From Prorocentrum cordatum (Eukaryota): a stretch of DNA of 64,000 bases. Numbering within the stretch: the stretch's first letter is position 1; each line of letters begins with the position of its first letter. Positions 11,781-23,396 of this stretch are shown here, piece by piece. The position numbers were made by a program, and so were the translations under genes. The notes below the pieces were generated by a model. It had not been told where the DNA came from, ran no database searches, and saw nothing but the letters and a program-made list of their open reading frames with translations. Location: contig CAUYUJ010000318.1 of NCBI GenBank assembly GCA_963575745.1, forward strand, positions 1 to 64,000, given 5' to 3'.

Positions 11781-12749
11781 GCGCACTAGAAGAGGCATGG
11801 GGGAACCCAGGGGAAGGAGAGAGAAGACGTGCTCCCAGGCGACCTGAGGGAAAAGAGGCTCGAGCGGGGGAGCCCCCAGCATGCGGGGGCGGAAGTGGGG
11901 CCGTGGCACCTTCACGGCAGGGGAATGTGGCATGGATGTTCCCCATACCCTCGCATTTGTTCTCTCTAGCAAGAGTTTACCTGTCAAGTGTAGCTCCCTG
12001 GGGCTCGTCCACGCGCGGCCTTCAAGTGGAAGAGAACCAAGCAGCGCGGCAGGGGCCCGAGCGCCTCACGTGCCCGAGGAACTCCCAAAGTCAAATGTGG
12101 CAGCCCGAACCAGTAACTAACTTATCAGGAAACTCGGGTCTGGGGCGAGTCTTGGCCGAATGAATTTTCAGCAGCCGAGCGGGCCTGGCGACGTGACCAC
12201 AGGCATTGGAAAAATCCATCGGGGGGAGGTGGAGCAGGCGCAGCCTGGCAAGGAACAGCATGATTCACAAACTCAGCTGTGTGTAACTTTGGTTCGGCCG
12301 CGAAACTAACAGTGCTAGCGCTGAAGCAACAGGACCCAAGCCAACTATCCACTGCAGAGTAAACTCTCCGCCATCCCTGGGTAGCCACAGCAGCTCTGGA
12401 CATCAGGGAAAGAAGCCCCCTGCGGTCATCGTTGGCAAGTCGAGCGGGGGAGGCGTTGTCTTAAGCATATCTAGATGTCACAACCGAGGAAACTCCGCAA
12501 CCCATCAACATCTGTTGCGAACTGTGCTGACCATCGCGCGTTGACGTTGGAACCCGATAGAGATCTAAAAAAAGCGACCCACCTGCACACATGCAGGCAT
12601 ATGCCCGAGCCTAGCACTGGCCTCATCATCACACAGGGGAAGGCGTTCCATTTTATCAAGGTGAGACCCTGGATAATGAGTAATGCCCACGTTGATCGCA
12701 GTACGATATATGCTCAGATAGCCGGCTCCAGCTTAGGCAACACGTTATT

Positions 12750-13720
12750 TAATGGGTCCCAAGTTACGATTGCAAAGAATAGCCTCGCGCCAGCATGAAC
12801 CTCACAGTGACGCGCTTTATGCACCAATGACATGCGCGTACTGCTGGTGGCCACTCTCTTTAGTGCTTTCAACGCTGAGCGAGCAGAACGTACTCTTTCA
12901 GAAATCTCTGCTGCCACGCACGCGGTGCCTGTAACCATAGAACCAAGTAGTTTGTGGGATATGACGATGGGCGCATCGAACCCCTGTTCCATGTCCCGCG
13001 ATAGCCGTGAGACTCATCGATCAATCAGGCGTTTGAGGGCAAGTTGCCCAAGTCTTCATCTGGGCGAAACACGGCCCCGGAAGGAGGGGGATTCCAAACA
13101 GGATCTTCGCTCTTGAGCTGCTCCTCGATTTCGCCCTGGGCGCGAGCAAACAGCGCGTTGAACACGTCCGTCGCGGGGGCGGCGCCAGGGCGACATCCGC
13201 GGCGAGGCCTCGCAAGGCCAACAGCATCGCGGACCCTCCAAAACGATTCATCGCGGCTCTCCCGAGTCAGCTCCAGAAGGCGGGTTGGCGCGCCCGCGGA
13301 ATCGAAAGGGGCGCCCATCTGAAGAGTCGCGTCAAGACCAGCGCCCAAGAAGGGACTTACGCAAAGACCGGCCAGGGTCTCTTCCAACTTGTCCGCCTCG
13401 GCGGGCAACGACGTGCAAAGTTCCTGGAAGGCTGCGTAGATGGCTGCCGAAAGAACAGCACAGACGGCGCCAGCAGGAAGGACCGCCCTCAAGGCAGCCA
13501 GGCAGAATTGCTTATGAGGCAAGATGGCGCCTTCGAGGGCCCGTCCAGGGAAGCCGCCGCACTGGGCGCTCAGGGGCGCCTCATGGCCAAGGAAGCCGAC
13601 CGAGGGCAAAGATTATGCACTCCCCAGATAGTACAACGCGCTGGTTTTTAATGCGGCAAGCTTGCCCACTTGAACCCAGAGGGCCCCCTCTGTTAAACTG
13701 CCGTTCTTAGCGGGAGAGGA
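12750..13720 (-). pseudogene. LINE reverse transcriptase (degenerate)
   Basis: KNQRVVL, QCGGFPGR, VLSAAIYAAFQEL (D-L-x-A-A-F/Y), RGCRPGAAPATDVFNALF, *LIDE at the YADD position, and the thumb KLLGS...EISERVRSARSA...TW. Confidence 0.88.
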
Positions 13721-14689
13721 TCAACTAGCCTGGAAACTCGTTAGCAGGAATATTTTGCCAGGTCGCTGATGACTTCATGCGGACCAGCGGATTCGCCTAC
13801 TGGAGCCTTGCGCACCTCCGCCTGCGCGGAGAGCAGAGACGGCAGAGAGGCGAGGGCAGGCGGTGGTTTTGGCATGTCAGCGGCAACTGGCCTCGCTGTA
13901 CTCCCGGGCTAACACTTCATGTTCGGCGGAAGACGCCGGCTCCGCCAGAGCAATGTTGGGCGATGTTGCCTAGATCCTTCTCATCTCGCGCAGCGTTGCC
14001 ATTCTCGTCTTCCATGGATGGGGAAAGGCAGCGGCATGTTGGACGGCTTCCCTCCGAATCTCAAAGCGCGATCGAGCACCTTCCTTTTTTGGGCTGGGGC
14101 GCGCCCGTTAATCGCGACGGAAACGTTCTAAACATGCTCTTGTCGGAATGTTGCTCTGTCAGACTGCGTCGACTCAATGAGCAGCGCCCTAGTTTCCAAC
14201 CAGAGACAATTCATGGAAAAAGGCGGGGGCATCGTGATGACGCGGGCTCCTGAGAAACCAGCTGACCGACTTGGCCAGTCCACTTCTAGCCGCGCGCCAA
14301 GTATCGAACAACCCCATTGACGGACACGCGCGCCAACATCCCCCTCGCGTGACTTGCCTGCTATGCTTTTGCAAATAACCTGGAAGCTTCATTCCCTCGT
14401 GGGGCCGCGGTGGGAGCTTTTGTCGAGGCCCTGCGGGCTCGGGCGAGTTGGAGGGAATCTCGGGGGAGGTAACAGGCTCGGGGGCGTCTGGGATCAGGCT
14501 TGAAGGCCCTAGCGGCAGCGCAGCGCATGCAATCGGCAACCTCGACGCAGCGTTGCAGGTACCTCGCAGGAGTTAAGACAGCGCCTGAATTCCTGAATGC
14601 ACCCTGGGCCCTTGAGCTCGCCTATGTCAACGCGAGGGAAGGCGGCCTTATTGATCTTAGCTTTGCTTGCCCACGAGAAATAAACGCGC

Positions 14690-15500
14690 GCCGGTCTGTG
14701 GCCAGACAGGGCAACGTGGGCCAATATCGAACTCGTTGCGAAATGTGGCCACGGCACATGTTTTTTGCCGATGCGATGTTTGCGCATGCTATTGCCGATA
14801 AAGGTGCGCCCGCAATTGTGGCCAAACAGCGCGTGGATAGCATGTGGTCGAGACAGCGCAAGACAGGCGTGAAAGTGTTCGCCTGGCTTGTCTCGGGGTT
14901 GCAAAAAGCTTATGTGCCCTGCCCACTGAGAGCGCGCAGATCTCAGCCGTGCATTGGCATCCACAAAGGTCATGCCGACCTGCCATTTGTCGAATAGATT
15001 AGAGGTAGTTTGCCAACAAGACAAGAGGGATCGAGACTTGAGCTTAACGCGCGGCGCATGAACAACAGCAGCCCCAGCTGCGAGCACTGGGGAATCGATT
15101 GACACGATGGGATACCTGGGGCCCGAGTGGAGAACTACAATATCTTTCCTGGCCAGGGCGGTGATATTATCTTTGGCTGCTGACAAGGGTTCCCCCCCAC
15201 CACCCACCCACCCACCCACCCGCCCCACCCACGCGCGCCACATTAACCCGCAACTCGCGCCCCGTCCCCCCATCGCGCGCCCCTGAGGCCACAATTTGGA
15301 CAGTGCCCGACATCCTAACACCCTTCGGGTTTCGCGGCTCTTCGATGCCAACCATGTGCGCAGTTTATTGTTGAAGGTGGGCCTTGATGGCCCGGGTCCT
15401 CATGAGCCTACTGTTGCCCCCCGTGCCCTCGGAGGTCTTGCATCGCGTGGACTTGGCATTGAACTAAGCAAATGTATTGAACGCTCCTACTTTTAGACTT
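14690..15500 (-). pseudogene. LINE apurinic-like (APE) endonuclease (degenerate)
   Basis: LKVGAFN, MVGIEEPR (GIQE-x-R), GRELRVN, VVHAP, FVDANARL, KHRIG (RID) and LSGHRP (SDH), in the expected order. Confidence 0.85.
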
Positions 15501-15689
15501 CCCAAGACAATTATCAGCGCTAGCTGCGGCCCGCTGAGGAAGGCGAACCCGGTCTGATCAAGCTCGGGGAGACCAAGGGGGGAGGCAACGACAGGCGGCT
15601 TAGCCCATTCCCATTCCCTGCCTGGGTGGTAGCAGGCCATTTGCTGCAGAGAAGAGGGGAAGCGCGTGGGCGGCGCGCGATCGAGAGCA

Positions 15690-16080
15690 TTATCCTTAGC
15701 AGTATTATCGGCCAGCACGCTGTGCAAGCTGCATAGCGGACCCCCCCCCTGCGCCGCGTGGAAAGAAATCGAAGCCAATCTGGCCAAATAGCTGCGCCCT
15801 TGAGTCGCGGCATCTCCGAGTGCCATGCCAATGGCAGCAGAATGACAGCCCGACCGCATCCTCGCAGGGCGCTCTGCATCCCTATGCTTATCGCTGATGA
15901 TATGGATTGACGTCCAAGGAAGCAAGTCGCTCAACGTCGGTGCTGTATAGTTGCTAACGGAGAGGCTGCGCAAAGAAATTGCAGTTCCACTTCGCGCCCC
16001 AGGAACCAACAATGGCAGGGCCACCAGAGGGCGACGCAAGCGCGCGAACCGCAGCCCAGGCGGCAGCACGGTTATCATCA
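15690..16080 (-). pseudogene. RNase H-like domain upstream of APE (degenerate)
   Basis: AAAWAAV...IVGSWGA, SNYTA (N-x-AE), IHIISD, FHAAQGGG...VLADNTAK (H-V-x-G-H...N-E-x-A-D-x-x-A-K). Confidence 0.55.
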
Positions 16081-16929
16081 CTCCCAAGTCCAAGCTGCAT
16101 GGGCCCACCAACAATCTACCCTTCGCGACGGGTTCCTGGCGCCGAGCGCGGGGGCACGTGTCCAGCGCAATCTTAGCAGGGGGCTCATCATCGTCAAGGT
16201 GTACAATGGTGCGCCATCGAGGTGGGCGGGCTTCCCGGGCAAGTCACAGTGTTGGGCTCTGCGGCAGAGCGCTGCGCACCGGGGCGCCTCGCGAGGCTCC
16301 GGGTGGCGAGCCCAGGCCAGGGGCCGCCGTGACTTTATCCGCAGCCTGAGGAGACGAGGAGGGGGAACGGGACAGGGGTGACCCATCGCCAATTAGGTTT
16401 GCCCTCGCGGAAAAAATCCCCCAGCGTGGGCGGCCCCGGACTGCGAGCCTCCTGCGGCGCATTAGATCGATGGGCGGACGAATTCACAACGTCGCGAGAC
16501 GACGATGGCGGCCCCTTGTCTTGCGACGCGCTTCCTGGCGCCAAGGAAAAAGGCGCCGCGGGCCAGCTGCAGTCCAGCGTGCCTGCCGCCGGTCGCTCCA
16601 AGCAGGCTTGCTCGGCACGGGCGGCTCGAAACTTACATCCAGCAAATCTGAGAGGTTCATGCAGAAGGGGGAATGCTGGGAGGTCTGCTCGGCCCCAGAA
16701 TGGGCAGCAGCATAACATGGCCCTCGAGTCGAGCACCCGCCCGACGTGAGGAAAGCATGCAGGACAGTATCCTTTGATCGCGCCCGAGCCTTCAGTGGCC
16801 TTGCTGCCCCAAGGTGCAAATGGGGCCTGACAAACTGCTACGCGGTGGCTGACATACCCATCATCTGAATTGTAGTCCGGGCCTTTGAACTCAGGCACAC
16901 CTCCCAAACTGCTTGAACAAGCCATACCT

Positions 16930-18620
16930 TCATCTTGCCGCCCGAGGTTGTAGATCTGGTTGGTGCTGAAACCCTATCCTCACACTTGACTGTGAGCACG
17001 CACGCGAAGTAGCATAAGTCGTATGCACCAAAACAGACACCAACTTGACCTGCATGGTTGAGACCACCAGCACGGGTGGCTCATCTGTCACGAAATGTTC
17101 CCTCATCACAGTGCATCCCCATGCCACTCTTGTCGCTGTTGCTTCTGAAGGGGCGACTCGACCGGCGAGCTCCCTTCTTGCATGCATGCCTAGTCGATCT
17201 GCTCGGTGAGGAAGTGCACCTGCGACGCTGTCATATGAGTGTCCACGCTGGAGGTATTCGTGATGCTCCTTGGCGGTCCAGGTATCTGCCCCGATTCGGT
17301 GCCCATCGTCGGGGTGGGCGAGATGGGGCGTGGACTCGTCGGCGGCGGCACGTCCGCGGGCGACGTCGGCTCGAATGGTCCATCCCGGGGGTCTGCGCTC
17401 ATGCCCATCTTGCCAAATGGCGTCGGGCAGCCGCCAATGGGGGTCTCGACCGCTGGCGTCGCAGGAGACGGCCGTGCGTTGGGGGCGCTCGGAGAAAAAG
17501 GGGGCTCTCCTAACCCCCGCCGTGAAAACCGCCCCACCAGAAGACGATCGACGCACGTGCCGCTGATTGTCGCTCTGCACTGGGCTGGGGGGCATCGTTG
17601 AGCCCCAACAGTTGAAATCTGATAGGCGTCCACCTGCGCTCGAGGAGGCTTTGCTTGAACGTGCTGAGCTTGCTTTTGGGCAGTGGCATGCTAGGCCGTG
17701 AAGGCACGCGCAATCTGGCCTAAGACTCGCCCCGACTCGTTCTGCCGACTGGCGATGCCACAAGGGGGCCTTCGTAGTTGTTGAAGTTGTCCGTCTGCGC
17801 GCGGTGACGCTGGTACTGGATCGGCTGGCATTCGAGGCGGTGGCGGCGGAGCAGGATGCTGGACTGGCGCGGCTGGAGCGTGGGGGTGTCGCGCCAGCAA
17901 TGACGCAGGAGTCATGGGCGGCGGTGGTCCTGGTGGTGGCCCCCATTTCATCGGCTGAGCCCCCTGTGGTGGCGCCTGCGCCACGTGCGGATCCTTCTCT
18001 GGAATAATCTGCTGGCTCTCCCCCATGCAAGTCCTCAGCTGGGCAATGTCGTTCGTGTTCCCTGTCGCCAAAATCGCCAGGTCTTCGATGCGGGACTGCG
18101 TTGCTCGGAGCTTCCTCGCGCGCTTTGTCTAGACGAGATCGCCTAGCTGCTGCCTGGGAGAAGGCCATGGATCATACACTCGAGCACCGCAATATTTTTG
18201 TCGCGCGGGTCCGCTATGACATTCTGTGGCACGCCTTGCTGTGAGAGCAAGGTCTGCCAGGTCGTAGATCTGCTTTATGGCTTCCAGCTTGAAGGAATGA
18301 GTATCGCCATCTGGTGTCAAACGGCAATTCGGCTCTCCAGTTGCTTCCTCCTTGGTCATGGGCGGCATCTTGGCCAAATAGATGCGGACTTCCCTGTCGC
18401 TGAAGACTGGCAGGTGATGTTGTCTTGCTCTGCCGCGCCATTGACGGCTGCTGGGGCGGTGCTGGCCATGGCTTTGCCGATGATCCCTGCCATGTCGCTG
18501 TTGCCGCTGGTCCGAGAAGAATTGTACACCAAAGCACCTGCCATAATGACGAACGAATCGCCCGCACCTCTGGCAATCCCATTGGGGAATCCAGTTGGCC
18601 ATATGATCTAGATAAGGTGG
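16930..18620 (-). pseudogene. ORF1-like region of the LINE (Pro-rich, WDCQRCG zinc-finger-like motif)
   Basis: Frameshifted coding-like minus-strand segments positioned 5' of the pol domains. No specific family recognised. Confidence 0.4.
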
Positions 18621-18867
18621 CGGCACGTGGGCCAGATATGTCGCCTGGCGGCTGTCGTTGTGCTGAATTATGGGCTTGCAGCCGCTCGTAGGCTTGATGT
18701 ACGCGAAAGAGGGTCCTGGCCCTCGAGCGTTCACGCCGCCTCCGCAGGTTTCGCCGTGGCCATCAGAGGAGATCGCAGCTATGGCGCGCGCGGCAGCTGT
18801 CGCGGCACTTGGCCACGTGCATGACGGGGTCAGACCGAGGAATTCCCTTGTGCTCAGGCCAAACCCT

Positions 18868-19120
18868 CTCCTCCTCCTCCTCCTCCTCCTCCCTCCTCCA
18901 TCATTCTCCTCTTCCTCCTCATCCTCCTTCTCCTCCTCCTCCTCCGTTTCCTCCTCCCCCTCGTCCTCCTTCACCTCCTCCTCTTCCTCCTCCTCCTCCA
19001 TCATCCTCCTCTTCCTCCTCTTCCTCCTCATCCTCCTTCTCCTCCTCCTCCTCCGTTTCCTCCTCCCCCTCTCCCTCCTCCACCTCCTTTTCCTCCTCCT
19101 CCTCCTCCTCCTCCTCCTCC
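18868..19120. repeat. (CCT)n microsatellite
   Basis: Direct reading. Similar GAG/CCT tracts lie at about 6350-6435, 9545-9680, 10695-10740, 31330-31710, 34020-34120, 38010-38130, 40375-40450 and 40590-40690. Confidence 0.95.
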
Positions 19121-19299
19121 TCGGGTCGCCCGCGCCCCCAAGGGAAACAGTGCCCCCCCAGCAGGTGCTGGTCCCCGCTTGTCGTTTCCCCTTGAGGTCG
19201 GGGCAGGGAGGACTGGGAGTCCGAGGACAGGGAATCGGGGGGTCCCCACGTCCCTGCGACGTGTGCGGCTCCTCTTGCCCGGGGCTGCGGGGGCTTCTG

Positions 19300-19338
<39 letters not shown>
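19300..19338 (+). repeat. 39-nt poly(A) tract
   Basis: Uninterrupted A run in GC-rich DNA. Confidence 0.95.
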
Positions 19339-19341
<3 letters not shown>

Positions 19342-19682
19342 CGTGGCCGCGTGCCCGCATCGGCGCAGAAACGACGGCGAGACGGCGGCGGCCGCGGCGT
19401 CGACGGCGCGGCGGGGAGTAGGGGAAGCAGCCTGCGGAAACGAGGGCGGCGCCGGCGAGGTGGGTCAGGAGTGGTTAGGACGGCGGGGAGGGGGCGAGAA
19501 AAATATCTGGCAGCAGCAGGACGAGGAGCAGGACAAGGGTGGGAAGGCGGGAAGCGGGGTGATGGGGAAAGGCCTGGCGGCGAGGAGGGGGGGGATGGGG
19601 AAGGGGGGCGGACAAAGGGCTTATAGGGGGAGGGGGTGGCGGAGACAAAGGGGGTGGGAGGGGATAAGCAGGGAGGACGATG

Positions 19683-19708
19683 GATGATGATGATGATGAT
19701 GCTGATGC

Positions 19709-19739
<31 letters not shown>

Positions 19740-19770
19740 AATGATGATGATGAAAATGATGATGATGAAA

Positions 19771-19831
<61 letters not shown>

Positions 19832-19858
19832 CGATGATGATGATGATGATGCTGATGT

Positions 19859-19920
<62 letters not shown>

Positions 19921-19950
19921 CTGATGATGATGATGATGATGATGATGATG
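19683..19950. repeat. (GAT)n microsatellite
   Basis: Direct reading. Confidence 0.97.
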
Positions 19951-21096
19951 AGCAGGAGGAGGACGAGCACGGGGATCAGGACAAGGAATGCAGAGGAAGC
20001 GCCGGTGGAGGTAGGCAATGAGGGCCGATGAGGTGGATGGCGGAGTCGGAGACAGAGCTGGAGGCGGAGGCGGAGGCGGAGGCGGAGGTGGTGTCGGAGG
20101 AGGTTTCTGCAGAGAGTTTGGCGACGGAGGAGGGGTATGTCGGGAGGATGCGTCGAGGCAGCGCAAACGTCGGTTAAGGCGCGCGGATTCGCGACGGGTC
20201 CCGTTCCGATGCGAACTCGACGACCGTTGTCGCAAAGTCAGTTTGCATTGGTTGCATGTCTCGGGGGGTACTTTTCCCGATCCGTTGACCTTTCGCCCAC
20301 GCGCCAAATCCACAGATCCTTTTTCGATGTTGACATGTGGCCGAGTGCAGGATGTGGTTGGTCCGTGGATACGTTGGTCGACTGTGCGTAGGCTTAGCCA
20401 TCGACCTCATCGGGGGTCGCCAGCACGCCCTTGTCGATGCTTGCCGTTTCCGCTGCCCCTGCGGGCCTTTTGTTTGTTCCATGTCCTTTTGCGATGTGTC
20501 TCTCTTAATCGAAGAATCCAGGGCCCAGTCTTGGCCAACATCCTCCTCTCTCCCGCCCCCATCCCTCGCCTCGTTTCCCCCTCTCCGTTATTTCTTCGCA
20601 TGTTCTACCTCCTCATCAGCGTATCCCCTGCGTGTTACTTTTGCCATACCCCTCGCCTCCGTTCTTCGTTCCTTCCGTCCTTTTCCTCATGCTTCTCCGC
20701 TTTAGCCTTCTCCCGCTACTTCCCATGTGCTTTACAGGTATGTATCATTCTAGTATATGTTGCTTCATGTCACATCCTCCTTGGTTATCATCGCTCTCTC
20801 TCTCTCTCTCTCTCTTTTTTTTTCTCTCTCTCTCTCTCTCTCCTGATGTAGCTGTTCCGCTGCGACCGCCCCTCCTTATCCTCCTCTTCTTCTTGCCTGT
20901 GTCGCTGGTCCGCTTCCACCTCCCGTTTTTTTTCTGAAGCTTTCACTCTCTCTCTCTCTCTGTCTCTCCCTCCCGTTTCCCAGCAGCTGTGGCTCGTTGG
21001 AGCGGCGGCAGTCGGTGCAGAGGCCGGGCTGGCCACACTTCGCCCCTCCAAGGGGCTCCTCAGCTGTGGATGTCAAACAATAGCTCTCCCTCCCCT

Positions 21097-21566
21097 CAGG
21101 GGTTGACCTAAACAGTTTTTTGGCGATTTCGTGGGCCGTGTCGTGCCCTCTCACGACAATTCGAGGCCTGAGGCACCTCCGGAAATCGAGCCCTGAACGA
21201 CGGAAATTCTGTCATCGGCCTCGAAACCTCAATTTCGACACTCTAACACGCTTTCTCTTTGCGTGTAAGTCTTGCACTTCTCTGTGCAATTCAGCATCCG
21301 CTTTGGCTAATTCTTGCTCGTTTGCTTAATCTGCGAAATGCGACTGCTCTGACCGTGAAAAATCTAGTCGCGGTTTGGGCAAACCAGACATCTGCATACT
21401 CGTAGAGCTATCATCGCGCTGGCGACGCAAGAAGCATTTTACAGGCGGAACTCCAGCCGACTCCAAATTAATAATCACTGCACCTCCCCCCCCTATTGAT
21501 CGGCCCCCCATCAATTCGCTCCCAAAGAGAATCGACAACGGAAAACACTGTTTTGGTCGAGCCCTG
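21097..21566. mobile_element. ~470-bp TIR element (CAGGG termini, hAT-like MITE)
   Basis: Left end CAGGGGTTGACCTAAACAGT versus reverse complement of right end CAGGGCTCGACCAAAACAGT. Confidence 0.6.
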
Positions 21567-22187
21567 CTTCCCTCCCCTCCCCTCCGTTCTCTCTCTCTCT
21601 CTCTCTCTGTCTCTCCCTGTCTCTCTTCCGAGGCCCTCCTCCGCATCCCATCCCGGACCCCCCCCCCCGCCGCTCCCGCAGCCCCTCCCCCCCCCAGTCT
21701 TGCGCGCGCGGCTCCCGCCGCCGACGTGGCCCCCGCGCCCCTCTCCCCCCCGTCGTGCAAAATCCCGACCGGTGACTCCTGCTCGGGGGGGGGAGGACTG
21801 AGGCCTCCTGCGGGCATGGGGCACACCGGTCGCGTCTTGACCGCGCGCGGGCGCGGCGCACGCGACGATACCCAGTAGCAGATTCCAGGCGGCCAGCTGA
21901 AGGCGAGCCCCGAGACCCAGGCTTGGGTCGCGAGGATCGGCGAGGACTCAATGGGGATGTGCAGTGCAGCCTTCTTCAGAGAAGGGGGTGCTGCGTTCAG
22001 CTGCTCGGCCACGCGCCGAGGGGGGTAGGGGAAGGGGAGAAGGGCTTCGTAGAAGCACCCCTGCTTCTCAGAAGGCGCGGGCCTGGTCTATAGATGTGGG
22101 GCCGACGCCTTCTGAGAAGCAGCCTCCTTCTCAGAAGCCTTCCCCCCTCCCCCGTACCCCCCCGTGCGCGCCGCCAGCACTCTCGGC

Positions 22188-22333
22188 CAGGGCTCGACCC
22201 AAACGGTGCTCTTGCGATTGCGAGGGCCATGTTCGTGTCGATATTTCGTTTTGCAGCAGAGGCGGGACGAAGACAAATCGAAGAGAAACGAGAACAGAAC
22301 GAACACAGACACCAGCGTTTTGGTCGAGCCTTG
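22188..22333. mobile_element. 146-bp hAT-like MITE
   Basis: 21-bp TIR (18/21) CAGGGCTCGACCCAAACGGTG. The 8-bp flanks are CTCTCGGC and TTCTCGGC. Confidence 0.75.
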
Positions 22334-23106
22334 TTCTCGGCATCCCAGGGACCTTGAACAGAACAGCCCAGGATGAAGCTCGGGCGGATTGTCATGGCGT
22401 GTGATCCCATTGAAGGGTGGAACAAGGGGTCCTTTTTCGGCCCTTGCTGGCTCCAAAATGGAGCCCTGAAGGGCCCCTTGCTGCCCTTCTCTCCCCCCCC
22501 GTTCAGGTCACCCCCTATGACCACCCGTCCGAGGTCCTGGGAAAGAGGCTCACTCAGGCCTCTTGGGAGCGGATGCGTGTGGAGGTGCGTCTCGCTGCGC
22601 CCCAGGACGCTACGGACGCGTCCCGCCGTTTGTTCGACCGCTTGCGGAACCCAACTGGCCTCCGACCAAAGTGTGGGGGGAGGCTTCCGGACGGGGCTCG
22701 GACGATGATAAAGCCGTTCTGGAGCGTTCTGGAGCGCCCTCGGAGCTTTCTGCAACGCTCTGAGAAGTCGCTGGCGCCCGAGACCATCTCCGGAGCCGCC
22801 GGATCTCAGATTCTCGGTGTACCCTCGCCTGAGTGCATCTTCGTCCTGGCTTCGTCTTGTGTGGGAACAGGTGGTTCAGGGACTTACGGTCGGGCCGAGG
22901 TTGAAGATCGAGGTCGGCTCGGGGAGCGTACCCTCGTGTTTCTTCGTGCGTGCTGAGTGTGTTTGTGCATCCTAGGGGAGGGTACCCTCGAATGTTCTTT
23001 AGCTTGGCAAGCAGGGGGTCTCATGTTCTTGAAGGATGTTATTCTGTCTCGGGCCCGACCGTCAGCGAGGCGGCTCACGCAAGCAAGAGCACAGCGTGGG
23101 GCCCAG

Positions 23107-23169
23107 GTGGTGTGGTCCTTCGCGACGGCCAAGCAGAAGCACGCGACCCTCTTCCGGAACCTGGCCGTG
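23107..23169 (+). CDS. OPR/HPR protein exon 3 (VVWSFATAKQKHATLFRNLAV)
   Basis: CAG|GTG acceptor, GA donor at 23170. Completes QGLSM|VVWSFATA. Confidence 0.88.
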
Positions 23170-23244
23170 GAGCTCAGTCCTCCCGCCCTCCCGCCCGCCC
23201 GCCCGCTCCCCCCCCCTCCCAAGGGCAGGGGCAGGGGGTGATGG

Positions 23245-23396
23245 TCAGGAGGGAAAGAAACACACAGACACAATTAATCGGCGATTCCCCAGAAAGTATG
23301 GGAAAATATGGGAAGGGGGGGGGAAGACAAAAGCCCAGAAAATATGGGGAATCTTTTATTTGTGTGTATCTATTTGTGTGTCCCAGGGCCCCTTCA
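23245..23396 (+). mobile_element. TCAGG...CCTTCA element, copy 2
   Basis: Homologous to 1780-1945. No long flanking duplication seen. Confidence 0.85.

Larger units (their letters stand above)
10990..18865 (-). mobile_element. decayed ~7.9-kb non-LTR retrotransposon (LINE): ORF1-like, RNase H-like, APE, RT, DNMT-like; antisense in intron 2 of the host gene
   Basis: Co-linear, frameshifted motifs on the minus strand (see domain entries). The complex sequence is bounded on both sides by (CCT)n tracts. Ends are approximate. Confidence 0.85.
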
